Assembly (NCBI GenBank): GCA_951406725.2
Contig: OX597815.1
Coordinates: forward strand, 117,552,001 to 117,616,000
Direction: 5' to 3'
Length of the DNA stretch: 64,000 nucleotides
DNA from: Octopus vulgaris
Lineage: Eukaryota
Positions within the stretch are counted from its first letter, which is position 1. Every line of letters begins with the position of its first letter. Below, one piece after another: positions 41,702 to 55,476 of the stretch. Position numbers and translations under genes: made by a program. The notes under the pieces were generated by a model. The model was given only the letters and a program-made list of their open reading frames with translations. It did no database searches and had not been told where the DNA came from.

Positions 41702-42680
41702 ATGTGTGTGTGTGTGTGTATGTATGCATGCACGCATGTATGTATGTATGTATGTATGTATGTATGTATGTATGTATGTATGTATGTATGTATGTATGTA
41801 TGAATGTATATATGTATGTGTGTTGTGTATGTGTGTATGTGTGTGCGTGTGTGTGTGTGTGTAGTCGTGCACTGATGTACAGTATATCATTGTAAATACT
41901 GAAGGACAACATATATACGACATAGACTAAGTAAAAATGACTTCAGTTTACAGATTTCAAAATGGAGAGAAGACGAATGTTTTTTTTATAAATTCGATAT
42001 TTTATTGAAATACTTACTAAATGCTAATCAACCAGCTAAATTTCAGAATTTCCTACTGCAGCACAGGATTTCTTTTCAGTTGTTGTTTACCTCTTTGCTT
42101 CTCCATCATCATAACGAAGTTTCGTCGTTGATTTCTAAAATAGATAGGAACAACTGCAAGCTGTCAAGGTGCATGTATAATTTCAACTTATTTTCATCAG
42201 GTTTTTGTACACAACAGCAACTCAGAGGTGCCAACCAAATCAGTATTTATTTAAGTAGCTAAATACAGCTAAATTTTCATCTTCTAAAGTCAACATTCAT
42301 CAGAAATCCAACACAGCTGGGCGAAGACGGACGCCAATTATTATCTAGTAGAGTATTTGCTTTTGTAAACTGTAAAACTTCGTAAATATACTATATTGTA
42401 CAGTGTTGTTGCATTCTAAGTTGTAAGTTGTATTTTATAGAATTTGTTGCTGGCTCACTGCAATCTTTTAAGTCCAAATATTATGAAACTTTTATCTTAT
42501 GATAATGTTTCTAACTATTGCTTCATTCATATACACATTCAGGTACAGTAGAGCAGAAATGCATACGTATGCACACAATTTTCTGCTCACATGCACGCAT
42601 ACATAAACTCTACATACACAACCTCGTTTTCTATTTATCTACTTCTCATTCTCTCTCTATATATATATTTGCAAGCATGA

Positions 42681-42747
<67 letters not shown>

Positions 42748-43024
42748 CATAAATACTACACAGAAATATAATACCTTGTGTTTGGAAGCATAAAAATAGC
42801 CCGTTAAATCTTTATTATAAAAGCATTAACTAGTTCCTTATACAGGTGTAGCCAATTGCCTGCAAACAATTCGTATGGCTCTGTAATGGATATTTCAGAT
42901 GACTGACATGGTAGAGGCTTCCAGAACTAAATATTTAAAGGTTTAAGCAAACGAGGATATTCAACAAATCAATAATGATATAATAAAACTCTGAGATATA
43001 AGATTTACAGAAATGGCCGTTGAC

Positions 43025-43208
43025 GTACGGATTTACTCGTGTATAAGTCATACTATTTTGTACTCTATAATTTTAATTGAAAAAAAATGTTATACGACTT
43101 ATACTCGGGGAAAAGCTAACTAAACCTATGCCGGAAAGTATTTTGTACCAAGATTTAACACTAAATTAAGGGAGCGATCTATACATGGGTGCAACCTATA
43201 CACGATTT
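43025..43208. mobile_element. Tc2/pogo-like MITE fragment
   Basis: tacggatttactcgtgtataag...cgacttatactcg...cctatacacg motifs. Confidence 0.45.
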
Positions 43209-44140
43209 CGAGATGATTCCAAGCTCCAGAAGGCCATAAACGGTATGGGAGACCGGACATACGTTCAGTCGGACCCGTTTGTTGTTGTTCAATGGGCAGA
43301 AAAGAACAGTATGCTTCTAAATGAAGATAAGTTTAATTTGACCCGATTTGGAAAAGAGGATACTCTGAAACTACCGTATGCCCTTCCCTCGGGCGATTCC
43401 CTAATGTCATCAAATAACCCCAGGGACATTTGAATAATTGTTGATAACAATCTAAGCTGATGATCCCACGTAAACAGCAATGTTGACTTGGCCCGCAAGA
43501 TGTGCTTCTGAATTCTGAGAACTTTCCGGTCTAGAGATGCCCACACCATCATCTTTCATTACTCTACTTTTGTCCGACCCCACATTGAATACTGTTGCTC
43601 ATTGTGGTCTTCCCATATTAAGCAACTCATTATGAAAGTGGAAGCACTCCAGAGGTCAATAACAAGAAAGATAGACGGCATGAGAGGCATTGACAATTGG
43701 GTTCGACTAAAAAAACTCAATCTTTACTCTCTCCAATGCCACCGGGAACGCTACATCATTTGTGTGATGTGGAAAATATTCCATCAATATTGCACAGATG
43801 ATGTTGGCATCAGTTTTAAAATCTATCCAAGACTTGGCCCACATGCTATCCGCTTACTACAAAAATTGAACTCGGGACACATAGCATTACGTCACAACTA
43901 CTTTACCTCAACCGGTCCAGCTTTCATTAATACCATACCAAAGTACATCAAAACGGAAACAGATCCCATAAAATTCAAAAGTTCTCTCGACAAATTTCTC
44001 TCCAAAATCCTGGACCAATCTTCTACACCCGGATATGTCTCCAACAATAATAACTCTCTGCTAGAGTGGGCCATGGTGTCCCATATATGAGTGAGGTGTG
44101 AATCACAGTCTACGACTTCACCAGGTGGTGCTATTAAGTA
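43208..44140 (+). pseudogene. CR1/L2-group LINE, RT C-terminal part, decayed
   Basis: DDSKLQKAIN...LLNEDKF...RPHIEYC...QRSITRKIDG...FKSSLDKFL...NNNSLLEWAMV with several stops. 3' UTR gacttcaccaggtggtgctattaagt is shared with the 50-51 kb copy. Confidence 0.9.
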
Positions 44141-45073
44141 AATACGAGAATTGGGATCTCAAGACGTCCCCTCCTGTGGAACACAAACATATACGCTTCA
44201 CCTTGCTGGATTACTTGATGAATCTGGGCATCAAGGCTCAAAGGAGCCTGCACGCGATCGCTCGACCCATTAGAAATAGTGGATAAATCTCCCTCAAATC
44301 ACAAAACTAACTGTTACATAAAATATAGTATGCCTGAATAAGAAAATAGGATGGACGCTGTTAAAATGCCTGTAATAAGTATTAAATGAGTTTGTGAGTA
44401 CAGCTATAATCTACATGAATATGGATTCGTTTTACTGGAAATTCGATTTTATATTAACTGTAAAATTAAGAAAGCGGTACAAGTAAAGCGAAATAGCTTC
44501 GAGCATGGGACTGAAGTCATATAGTGAACTCACCTTCTTACAGAAGTAGTGGATCGCACATTATTTCGTATGAAATACCCCAACAAACCTTATGCTGTGC
44601 AAAACGTGGTGGGTGCTTTACAAAGACCTTATCTACAGAGCACTTATGTTACAAGGGAAACGAAATGCCATTTGTATTATTTCGAATATTTGTTTATTGG
44701 ATAGATTGCTGCTTCAATCAAATGATTTTTTTCCATTTTTTTTTTGTGATTCGATTTCAGACTCCTCAAATGATATCTTACCAAAATGAAAACATAAGAA
44801 AATTGTATGGTTTAAATGTTTTTGCTCATTTTACTCATAGGACTCAAATCTGCCAAGGCAGAGCTTTCCATCTACTATTTGACTGATCACAGCGATTCAG
44901 TTCGGCACTTATTTCGTTATTCGGTGGGCTACAAATTGCCATTTAGACTCAATACGAGTTTTGATTTGATCTATGGTATTGTTTCATGGATAACTGCACA
45001 CACACACAAACGCATGTATACTTACACACACACACACACACACATTCGCACACACATATTAGCATACACACAC

Positions 45074-45133
<60 letters not shown>

Positions 45134-45214
45134 TATTATTATTATTATTATTGTGTGTATATATATATATTTATATATATATTTAAAAAAGGAGATGTGG
45201 AACACGAGTTGTGA

Positions 45215-47093
45215 TATATATATAAAAGGAAATGAAGAAAATGCTGACAAAATAATTTAAGTAAGGGAGAGAGTATTTAATTAGGTGAAAGTTCTTTTTA
45301 CCGGTTGCGCATTTGTTATGCTTATCAAAAGATATTTTTTAAGAGAGATAGAGTTCCTTTCTGATAGATTTTTTTCTCTTATCTGACTTTATGTTGGGCT
45401 TGCTGTCTCTTATATGTGAAAAAAGAGGCTCCAGAGTTGTTTAAGATTTGCTTGGTTTCGCGCCTAAAATTTCTTGTAGACAATGGTCAATACAATTTTG
45501 ATTGGTCATTATAAAGGAGTCACGTGAATGTTTGGATGGAAGTTGGTGTTGGGGTAAGAAAATAGGCTCCAGAGATGTTAAAATTTGGCTAGTGTCGCGC
45601 CTAAAATTTCTTATTGGTCATAATAAAGAGGTCACGTGGATGTGGTCATAATAGAGAGGTGACGTGAATGTTTAGAATGAACGATGGTGTGGGTGGTGTA
45701 TGGAGTTTTCGAAAATAGCGTTGTTGAAAATTCTTATTGTTCAGGCTGGTCAGTAGACGTCATGTGGATATTTTAAATAGCTTTTTAGCGCGTAGTTAAG
45801 GAGTGTATTTTCCGCTTGACTGAATTTGAGCTGGATAAGTTCGTTTAGGACAGGAAGAGCTATATGTATGTATGTATGTGTGCGCGCGCGCGCGTGTGTG
45901 TGTGTTTATATGTATGTTGGGGCGCGCGCGCGTGTATATATGTGTGTGTGTGTGGGTACAATTTTCAATATTTATATTTCTGCTGGCCTTGTGCCTGTAT
46001 CGGGAAGCAACGTGTTTGTGTGAAGTCAATATTTACGGTCATTTCCAAAAAATAGTGTTGGATGTTTTGCACCCGTATCAAATTATGTGTATGTGTGGAA
46101 CCATATATTTGCGTGTGTCATGGTGTTAATATCTGGGTAAAAGTGTGTGTAGGGTGTGTGCAGGTGTAAGTGTGTTTCTTGTGGGTTCGTGTTTGGGGGA
46201 TGTGTTTAGAAGTGGTCTGTATTTATTAATAAGGTGGGATTTCATGGTTATTCGCTAGGTATGAGTGGCATTGTCTTTAAATTTGTAGAGGGGAAAGATT
46301 CTAAAATTGGGATGAAGTTGAAAATTGTACCCACACACGCACACATATATAAACGCGCGCGCACCCCAACATACATATAAACACACACACACACACACAC
46401 GCACACGCGCGCGCACACACGCGCGCGCACACATACATACATATAGCTCTTCCTGTCCTAAACGAACTTACTTATCCAGCTCAAATTCAGTCAAGCGGAA
46501 AATACACTCCTTAACTACGCGCTAAAAAGCTATTTAAAATATCCACATGACGTCTACTGACCAGCCTGAACAATAAGAATTTTCAACAACGCTATTTTCG
46601 AAAACTCCATACACCACCCACACCATCGTTCATTCTAAACATTCACGTCACCTCTCTATTATGATCACATCCACGTGACCTCTTTATTATGACCAATAAG
46701 AAATTTTAGGCGCGACACTAGCCAAATTTTAACATCTCTGGAGCCTATTTTCTTACCCCAACACCAACTTCCATTCAAACATTCACGTGACCCCTTTATA
46801 ATGACCAATCAAAATTGTATTGACCATTGTCCACAAGAAATTTTAGGCGCGAAACCAAGCAAATCTTAAACAACTCTGGAGCCTCTTTTTTCACATATAA
46901 GAGACAGCAAACCCAACATAAAGTCAGATAAGAGAAAAAAATCTATCAGAAAGGAACTCTATCTCTCTTTAAAAAATATCTTTTGATAAGCATAACAAAT
47001 GCGCAACCGGTAAAAAGAACATCACCTAATTAAATACACTCTCCCTTACTTAAATTATTTTGTCAGCATTTTCTTCATTTCCTTTTTTATATA
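45215..47093. mobile_element. Penelope-like remnant: ~760-bp inverted repeats flanking a GIY-YIG C-terminal fragment
   Basis: Arms 45215-45968 and 46318-47093 are near-identical and inverted. The spacer on the minus strand encodes HPNFRIFPLYKFKDNATHT*RITMKSHLINKYRPLLN, similar to the end of the Penelope ORF at 59.1-59.2 kb. (TA)n flanks. Confidence 0.75.
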
Positions 47094-47150
47094 CATATAT
47101 ATATATATATATATATAGATATATATATATATATACATATATACATGTAC

Positions 47151-47200
<50 letters not shown>

Positions 47201-47204
<4 letters not shown>

Positions 47205-48953
47205 CATAAGGGACTAAAGCCATCTGAATATGGCTAGGGACAGGGCAGGGTGGTGGGGGTGTTACTGTTGCATTTAGCCCCAGGCGAACATCGACGTCAC
47301 CAGAAAGGCTCGACACCGTCACGGTGCCCTTAACCTGCAAAGGGAGGTAATTCCCCGATGAAGCGGAAACCACAAACGGACCATGGTTTCAAGGTGTATT
47401 GCCTATCATCGGCGTGTGGTAGGCCTCCGCTTCCTCGACGAATTCTCACTCTGCAGGATTTTCTTATATAGATTTTCAAGCAAAATACATTTGCTGATTT
47501 CGAAAATCTGTTCGAAAGCAATAATAATTCTCTAAAAGGGATATAGACAGTAACTGCTCGATAACATAAGGGACTAAAGCCATCTGAATATGGCTAGGGA
47601 CAGGGCAGGGTGGTGGGGGTGTTACTGTTGCATTTAGCCCCAGGCGAACATCGACGTCACCAGAAAGGCTCGACACCGTCACGGTGCCCTTAACCTGCAA
47701 AGGGAGGTAATTCCCCGATGAAGCGGAAACCACACACGGACCATGGTTTCAAGGTGTATTGCCTATCATCGGCGTGTGGTAGGCCTCCGCTTCCTCGACG
47801 AATTCTCACTCTGCAGGATTTTCTTATATAGATTTTCAAGCAAAATACATTTGCTGATTTCAGAATTATTATTGCTTTCGAACAGATTTTCGAAATCAGC
47901 AAATGTATTTTGCTTGAAAATCTATATAAGAAAATCCTGCAGAGTGAGAATTCGTCGAGGAAGCGGAGGCCTACCACACGCCAATGATAGGCAATACACC
48001 TTGAAACCATGGTCCGTGTGTGGTTTCCGCTTCATCGGGGAATTACCTCCCTTTGCAGGTTAAGGGCACCGTGACGGTGTCGAGCCTTTCTGGTGACGTC
48101 GATGTTCGCCTGGGGCTAAATGCAACAGTAACACCCCCACCACCCTGCCCTGTCCCTAGCCATATTCAGATGGCTTTAGTCCCTTATGTTATCGAGCAGT
48201 TACTGTCTATATCCCTTTTAGAGAATTATTATTGCTTTCGAACAGATTTTCGAAATCAGCAAATGTATTTTGCTTGAAAATCTATATAAGAAAATCCTGC
48301 AGAGTGAGAATTCGTCGAGGAAGCGGAGGCCTACCACACGCCGATGATAGGCAATACACCTTGAAACCATGGTCCGTGTGTGGTTTCCGCTTCATCGGGG
48401 AATTACCTCCCTTTGCAGGTTAAGGGCACCGTGACGGTGTCGAGCCTTTCTGGTGACGTCGATGTTCGCCTGGGGCTAAATGCAACAGTAACACCCCCAC
48501 CACCCTGCCTGTCCCTAGCCATATTCAGATGGCTTTAGTCCCTTATGTTATCGAGCAGTTACTGTCTATATCCCTTTTAGAGAATTATTATTGCTTTCGA
48601 ACAGATTTTCGAAATCAGCAAATGTATTTTGCTTGAAAATCTATATAAGAAAATCCTGCAGAGTGAGAATTCGTCGAGGAAGCGGAGGCCTACCACACGC
48701 CGATGATAGGCAATACACCTTGAAACCATGGTCCGTTTGTGGTTTCCGCTTCATCGGGGAATTACCTCCCTTTGCAGGTTAAGGGCACCGTGACGGTGTC
48801 GAGCCTTTCTGGTGACGTCGATGTTCGCCTGGGGCTAAATGCAACAGTAACACCCCCACCACCCTGCCCTGTCCCTAGCCATATTCAGATGGCTTTAGTC
48901 CCTTATGTTATCGAGCAGTTACTGTCTATATCCCTTTTAGAGAATTATTATTG

Positions 48954-48955
<2 letters not shown>
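47201..48955. mobile_element. Palindromic array of 360-bp tandem repeats with hammerhead motif (candidate non-LTR retrozyme)
   Basis: Left units start at 47201 and 47561 (period 360; second truncated at 47861). Inverted units start at 47862, 48222 and 48581, with a 15-bp partial at 48941. Units differ by only about 1-2 nt. (TA)n on both flanks. One hammerhead-like fold per unit. Confidence 0.8.
48320..48393 (+). ncRNA. Type I hammerhead ribozyme-like motif (representative copy; others at ~47960-48033 +, ~48679-48752 +, ~47360-47433 -, ~47720-47793 -)
   Basis: CACACG (stem I) - CCGAUGA core - U AGG caauaca CCU U (stem II) - GAAA - CCAUGG (stem III) - UC^ - CGUGUG (stem I'). Distal stem GAAGCGGA/UCCGCUUC. 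Predicted cleavage after 48374. The core has U4C. Confidence 0.65.
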
Positions 48956-48990
<35 letters not shown>

Positions 48991-48994
48991 CAAA

Positions 48995-49186
48995 TATACA
49001 TCAGCCACCATGATTGACCGCTAGCTCTAAAAGTTCTTTTTCTTAATCTCCGTTTATTTCCTCGCGTTCCTTTCTGTTGAAGAACGTAAGCTCAAAACGT
49101 AAAAGACTTTCTCACCTTCCCGAGCGTTAAACTAATACACCTGTTTGTTGTTTATACACCTGTCTCCGTCTTTTATTTTTCTGCAA

Positions 49187-49189
<3 letters not shown>
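48995..49189 (+). repeat. ~190-bp direct repeat, copy 1 (PLE pLTR-like, degenerate hammerhead)
   Basis: Nearly identical to 51366-51555. Confidence 0.85.
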
Positions 49190-49242
<53 letters not shown>

Positions 49243-49575
49243 CATTAATTCTACTCTAGGTACAAGGCCTTGAAAATTTTGGGGGAAGAAGTTAGTCGAT
49301 TATATCGACCCCAGTGTGTAACTGGTACTTATTTCATCAACCCCAAAAGGATGAAAGGCAATCGTACGTCCGTAGGTAACTTAAAATTGCATGATAGATT
49401 GCCGTCATTTCATTCTTTCTTTCTTACCTGTCTGTGTTTGCCTTTTAAGTGCTGTGTTTTTACTGAGATCCCCCTTTTAGTAGAAGGAATAGCTATATCT
49501 CTTTGACTGCTATTTCTAAATTCGGTATGTTGGTGAGGCAATTCGTTGCTAAACCCTTAATTACTTAGTATTACT

Positions 49576-49649
<74 letters not shown>

Positions 49650-49865
49650 CGTTTGTGCGCGTTTGTGTGTGTCTGTGTTTGTCCCCCCACCATCGCTTGA
49701 AACCGATGTTGGTGTGTTAGCGTCCCCGTAACTTAGCTAAAATTTACATAAAAAGAAAGACGAAGAAGTACTAGGCTTACAAAAAATAAGTTCTGGGGTT
49801 GATTTGTTCGACTGAAGGCGGTGCCTCAGCATGGCCGCAGTCAAATGACTGAAACAAGTAAAAGA
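49650..49865 (+). mobile_element. SINE family D, 3' half
   Basis: catcgcttgaaacc...cagcatggccgcagtcaaatgactgaaacaagtaaaag. Confidence 0.8.
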
Positions 49866-49950
49866 AATATGACTGAAACCGGTACTAAAATGTTTCTTAT
49901 GATAAAATTATTTTAGCATTTTCTACCTTGATTTATTTTCCTTATATATA

Positions 49951-49996
<46 letters not shown>

Positions 49997-50007
49997 CATT
50001 ACACATA

Positions 50008-50097
<90 letters not shown>

Positions 50098-50103
50098 TAA
50101 GGA

Positions 50104-50134
<31 letters not shown>

Positions 50135-50167
50135 ATTAAAAATGCAGAATGCTCAAATGAAAGAAAA

Positions 50168-51362
<1,195 letters not shown>

Positions 51363-51365
51363 TAC

Positions 51366-51555
51366 ATACATCAGCCACCATGATTGACCGCTAGCTCTAA
51401 AATTTTTTTTTAATCACTGTTTATTTCCTCGTGTTCCTTTCTGTTGAAGAGCGTAAGCTCAAAACGTAAAAGGCTTTCTCACCTTCCCGAGCGTTAAACT
51501 AATACACCTGTTTGTTGTTTATACACCTGTCTCCGTCTTTTATTTTCTGCAAATT
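51366..51555 (+). repeat. ~190-bp direct repeat, copy 2
   Basis: cttt CUGUUGA A GAGC guaa GCUC aAAAC GUA aaag. Matches 48995-49189. Confidence 0.85.
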
Positions 51556-51579
51556 TCAGCTATACATACATATCCTTTG

Positions 51580-52075
51580 GTAAGATTTGAACTCGGGACG
51601 TTAAGAAATGGAAGAAATACCAGAAGGTATTTTGTCCAATACTAATCTACCAATCCACTACACTACAAAATAACACTAATAATGGTTACCAATCTAAGCA
51701 CAATGTCAGCAGTTTCCAGGGGAGGGAATTAATCGTTACAATCATACTTGACTGGTACTTTACTTAATCGACCCGGAGGGATAAAATGCGAATTTGACTT
51801 TGGCTGCACTTGAACTGAAAATCAGAACAAATACCATTTTGTCCGATACTCTAACGATTGTGCCAATAGCCAGCTGCGTTAATAATCGTTACTGTTATAG
51901 TCATAAGACCTGAAATTTTGTGGAAAGAGGCTTAGTTGATTATATCGACCCCAGTGTGCAAGTGGTACTTATTTCATCAGCCCCGAAAAGATTACCTCAA
52001 CGGCATTTGGATTCAGAAGACGGACGAAATGCCATTTAGCATTTTGTTCGGCGTGCAAATGATTCTGTCATTGTT
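51580..52075 (-). mobile_element. Tandem degenerate SINE family A copies
   Basis: Repeated tggtactt...atcgacc...gaact motifs. Confidence 0.65.
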
Positions 52076-52154
52076 AACAGCTTTTATGGCAACAATATTA
52101 ACTGCTGTACCAGCAAGAGGGGTTACTTCAGAAAGAGAGCGAGCGAGAGAGAGG

Positions 52155-52186
<32 letters not shown>

Positions 52187-52939
52187 GGAAGAAGGGAGAG
52201 AGAAAAATCACTAAAAATTGTAAATCTTTTTTATTATTATTGTTGTTGTTGCTGTGCTTTTGTTTAAGCCGATGTCAAACTTGATGGAAAAGACCAGAGC
52301 TCTAAAACAGCTTAGTCCTGACCATCTCATATATTTAGAAGTATATAGAACTACATTATATATGACGGGGAGATGTGATTTGAGGGATATTTGACTGCTA
52401 TTTTCTACAGATATCCTTTATTCAACAGACCTCTATTACGAATGTCTATATCCTGACACACTGATATGCTATATCTCCACCTAGTGGAGAGTCACACCGC
52501 ACAAGCCAATATGGATACCTCTATAAGGTAAACCTGCTTGCTAGAAATAACAGCCAGCTGTTTCGTAAAACCTATCCAGGTGTTTTTTTTTAAATAGGAA
52601 TCATTAGTAATACAACTAAAGAGACACGATGGTCAAGGAACGGTTGCTTTTAATCATAGACCTATTTTATCACCATTTAAACAACAGCATTGTGAACATC
52701 AGTAAGAAACGTGCCAATGAGGTAAACTCTATGTAGCAATACGATCTGCTAGAAATAACAGCCATATGAACCTCCTTCAAATTAAATCCATCTTTTAAAC
52801 AATACAGAAAGAAAGAAAAAAAAACGAAACAAATAAACGACAGAACGACTCATCAGTTAATGTAGTTCCAGTTATATAATGAACAAGAGACGGAGTGGAT
52901 GGGCAGGGTTGGAAAGCCTTGGAGAAAACGCCTGCTTGA

Positions 52940-53121
52940 TCAACAATGACAACAGCAGTTACAGTAACGGTAACAGCAACAACAGCAACAGTAGTAGTAG
53001 TTGCAGTGATAGTAACATTGTTGATATAACTCCACAGCACATAACAGTAGTAACATCGTCATCATCACCATCATCATCCTCATCATCATCATCATCAACA
53101 TCATGATCAGCATCGTCATCG

Positions 53122-53159
<38 letters not shown>

Positions 53160-53160
53160 G

Positions 53161-53192
<32 letters not shown>

Positions 53193-53473
53193 GTCCTCAT
53201 CATCATCATCATCATTATCATCGTCTTCATCTTCATCATCCATATCAGCGGCGGCAGCAGCAGCAGCGCGGTAACAGCAACAGGAGTAGCAGCAGCATTG
53301 ATGTTATAACAGCAACAGGAGAAGAGAAAAAACGGCAGCAACAACGGTGGATGACTGCAAGAAGCAGCGATAGTAACGGCAGATAGTGTGGTGAGGGTAA
53401 TTTGAGCTGGTGGTCATGGTTTTGAAGGTGGTGGTGGTGGGAGAAATAGTAGTAGCAGTAGTAGTAGTGGTAA

Positions 53474-53553
<80 letters not shown>

Positions 53554-53657
53554 TGAGGATGAGGATGAGTAGTAGCAATATCGTCAACAGCATTATCATT
53601 AGCAGCAGCAGCAGTAGTATTAGTGTGAGAAAGAGGACGAGTAGGAGTAGAAGCAAT

Positions 53658-53724
<67 letters not shown>

Positions 53725-53808
53725 CGAAGCAGAGGAATTGAAGGAACAGTAGTAGTAGTAACAACAGCTGTAGTAGTAGTAGTAGTAACAACAGCTGCAG
53801 CTGTAGTG

Positions 53809-53854
<46 letters not shown>

Positions 53855-53934
53855 AAGTGGTGGTAGTAGTAGTGGTAGTAGTACGAAGCAGAGGAACTGA
53901 AGTAACAGTAGTAATAGTAACAGCAGCTGCAGCT

Positions 53935-53966
<32 letters not shown>
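52940..53966. repeat. Mosaic trinucleotide tract (CAT/CAG/TAG)
   Basis: Direct reading. Internal duplication gtacgaagcagaggaa at ~53722 and ~53881. Confidence 0.9.
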
Positions 53967-54011
53967 TTGTGTAGAGTTTGTGAAAGCATTTTCTTCTTTA
54001 AAATGTCCGGC

Positions 54012-54072
<61 letters not shown>

Positions 54073-54084
54073 AAAACAATAACA

Positions 54085-54265
54085 ACCCTTGAAATTTTGC
54101 AGGGACTGGGTTTGTCGACCACATCAGCCTCAGTACGCAACTGGTACTTATTTTATAGACCCTGAAAAGATGAAAGGCAAACTCGACATTGGCGGAATTT
54201 GAGCTCAGGATGTAAAAACGGATGAAATGCCGCTAAGCATTTTGTAGGGCGTTGCATTGATTTTT
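54085..54265 (-). mobile_element. SINE family A
   Basis: ctggtacttattttatagacc...gatgaaaggcaaactcgac...gccgctaagcatttt. Confidence 0.8.
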
Positions 54266-54379
54266 GTTAATACGATTAAATGTTGTTAGCACAAAAAAAA
54301 ACAACAAAAGAACGCAAACGTCTGATGGTAAATTGTACAGCGAAGAAGAAATGATCATGATGACAATATAATTGTGCTT

Positions 54380-54409
54380 GTAGAGAGGAATAAAGAAAGA
54401 GTAAGAGAA

Positions 54410-54470
<61 letters not shown>

Positions 54471-54790
54471 GGGAGAGAAGAAAGCTAAACAGAGACTTAG
54501 AGAAAAGATAGGGATAGGCAGAGGAAGAGAGGAAGAAAGATAAACAGAGAGAGAGAGAGGAAGAAGAAGAAGAAGGAAAAGAAGAAGGAAAAGAAGGAAA
54601 AGAAGTAGAAAAAGGAGAGGAAGACGGAAAAGAAGAAGATAAGCAGAGACATGGTGAAAGAGAGAGAGAGGAAAAGAGATAAACAGAAACAGAAAAAAGA
54701 GAGATGGAGAGAAAGAGAGAGTGTAAGAGAAAGAGAAAGTGAAAGAGAAAGAGAGAGAGAGAGAAAGAGAGTGAAAGAGAAAGAGAAACA
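54380..54790. repeat. Polypurine (GA-rich) tract
   Basis: ~400 bp almost purely A/G. Confidence 0.9.
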
Positions 54791-55397
54791 TGAGGACATT
54801 CCACTCGCTATAATTTAAAACGGTGATGAATTAACACACGATATCTTTACTGCTAATTTATCGTCCTTCTGGGATAATTCTAGAATGATTTACTACTCGT
54901 CTTTCTGGATAATTGAGTTTACTATTGCAACCTTGTTGACCACTATCCATTCTTTAACAATGGCTATTATATAACGAAGAACCTACGAAGTCTACAGCAG
55001 AAGCTAATAATTTAGAATCAATGTGCTTTCTCGTTCTAATAATAATAGATGAACGCTTTTTTCCCGCTGTTAATATGTCCCAATAAAGTTGTATACTGAC
55101 AAGGCTCTTTGCGATCAAACTATGAACTATGTCGTACGTCAAGGTTCAGCTATGTCTCCTGTGTTCATAGCTTGTTATGATTATTCGTGTATAACATTTC
55201 AAAACTGCATCACAGAAGACCAAGTTTCTTCTTTAGAGCTGTAAATACTCTAGGTCTGAACAGTTGCTGGCCCACTGCATTGCTTAAACAAAATCCCACA
55301 TTGTGTCCATAATTCAAATTGCTTAACACTTACAGCTTGCCACGTATATGTATGTTAGCCTGCACTTGACTATATGACATGATACGACATCACACAC

Positions 55398-55474
<77 letters not shown>

Positions 55475-55476
<2 letters not shown>

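Noticed and set aside
47350-47392. Second hammerhead on the opposite strand of the 360-bp unit (CCGAUGA AGCG GAAA CCA...UGGUUUC)
   Set aside because: No stem II can form and no stem I pairing is present. Probably a by-product of the unit's self-complementarity.
48020-48277. 85-aa and 63-aa ORFs repeated in the 360-bp array; endless ORF on a 360-nt circle
   Set aside because: No recognisable protein. All three frames on the ribozyme strand contain stops.
53304-54140. Thr-rich mucin-like 278-aa ORF
   Set aside because: Built from (ACT)n, (TA)n and a SINE fragment, so a microsatellite artefact.
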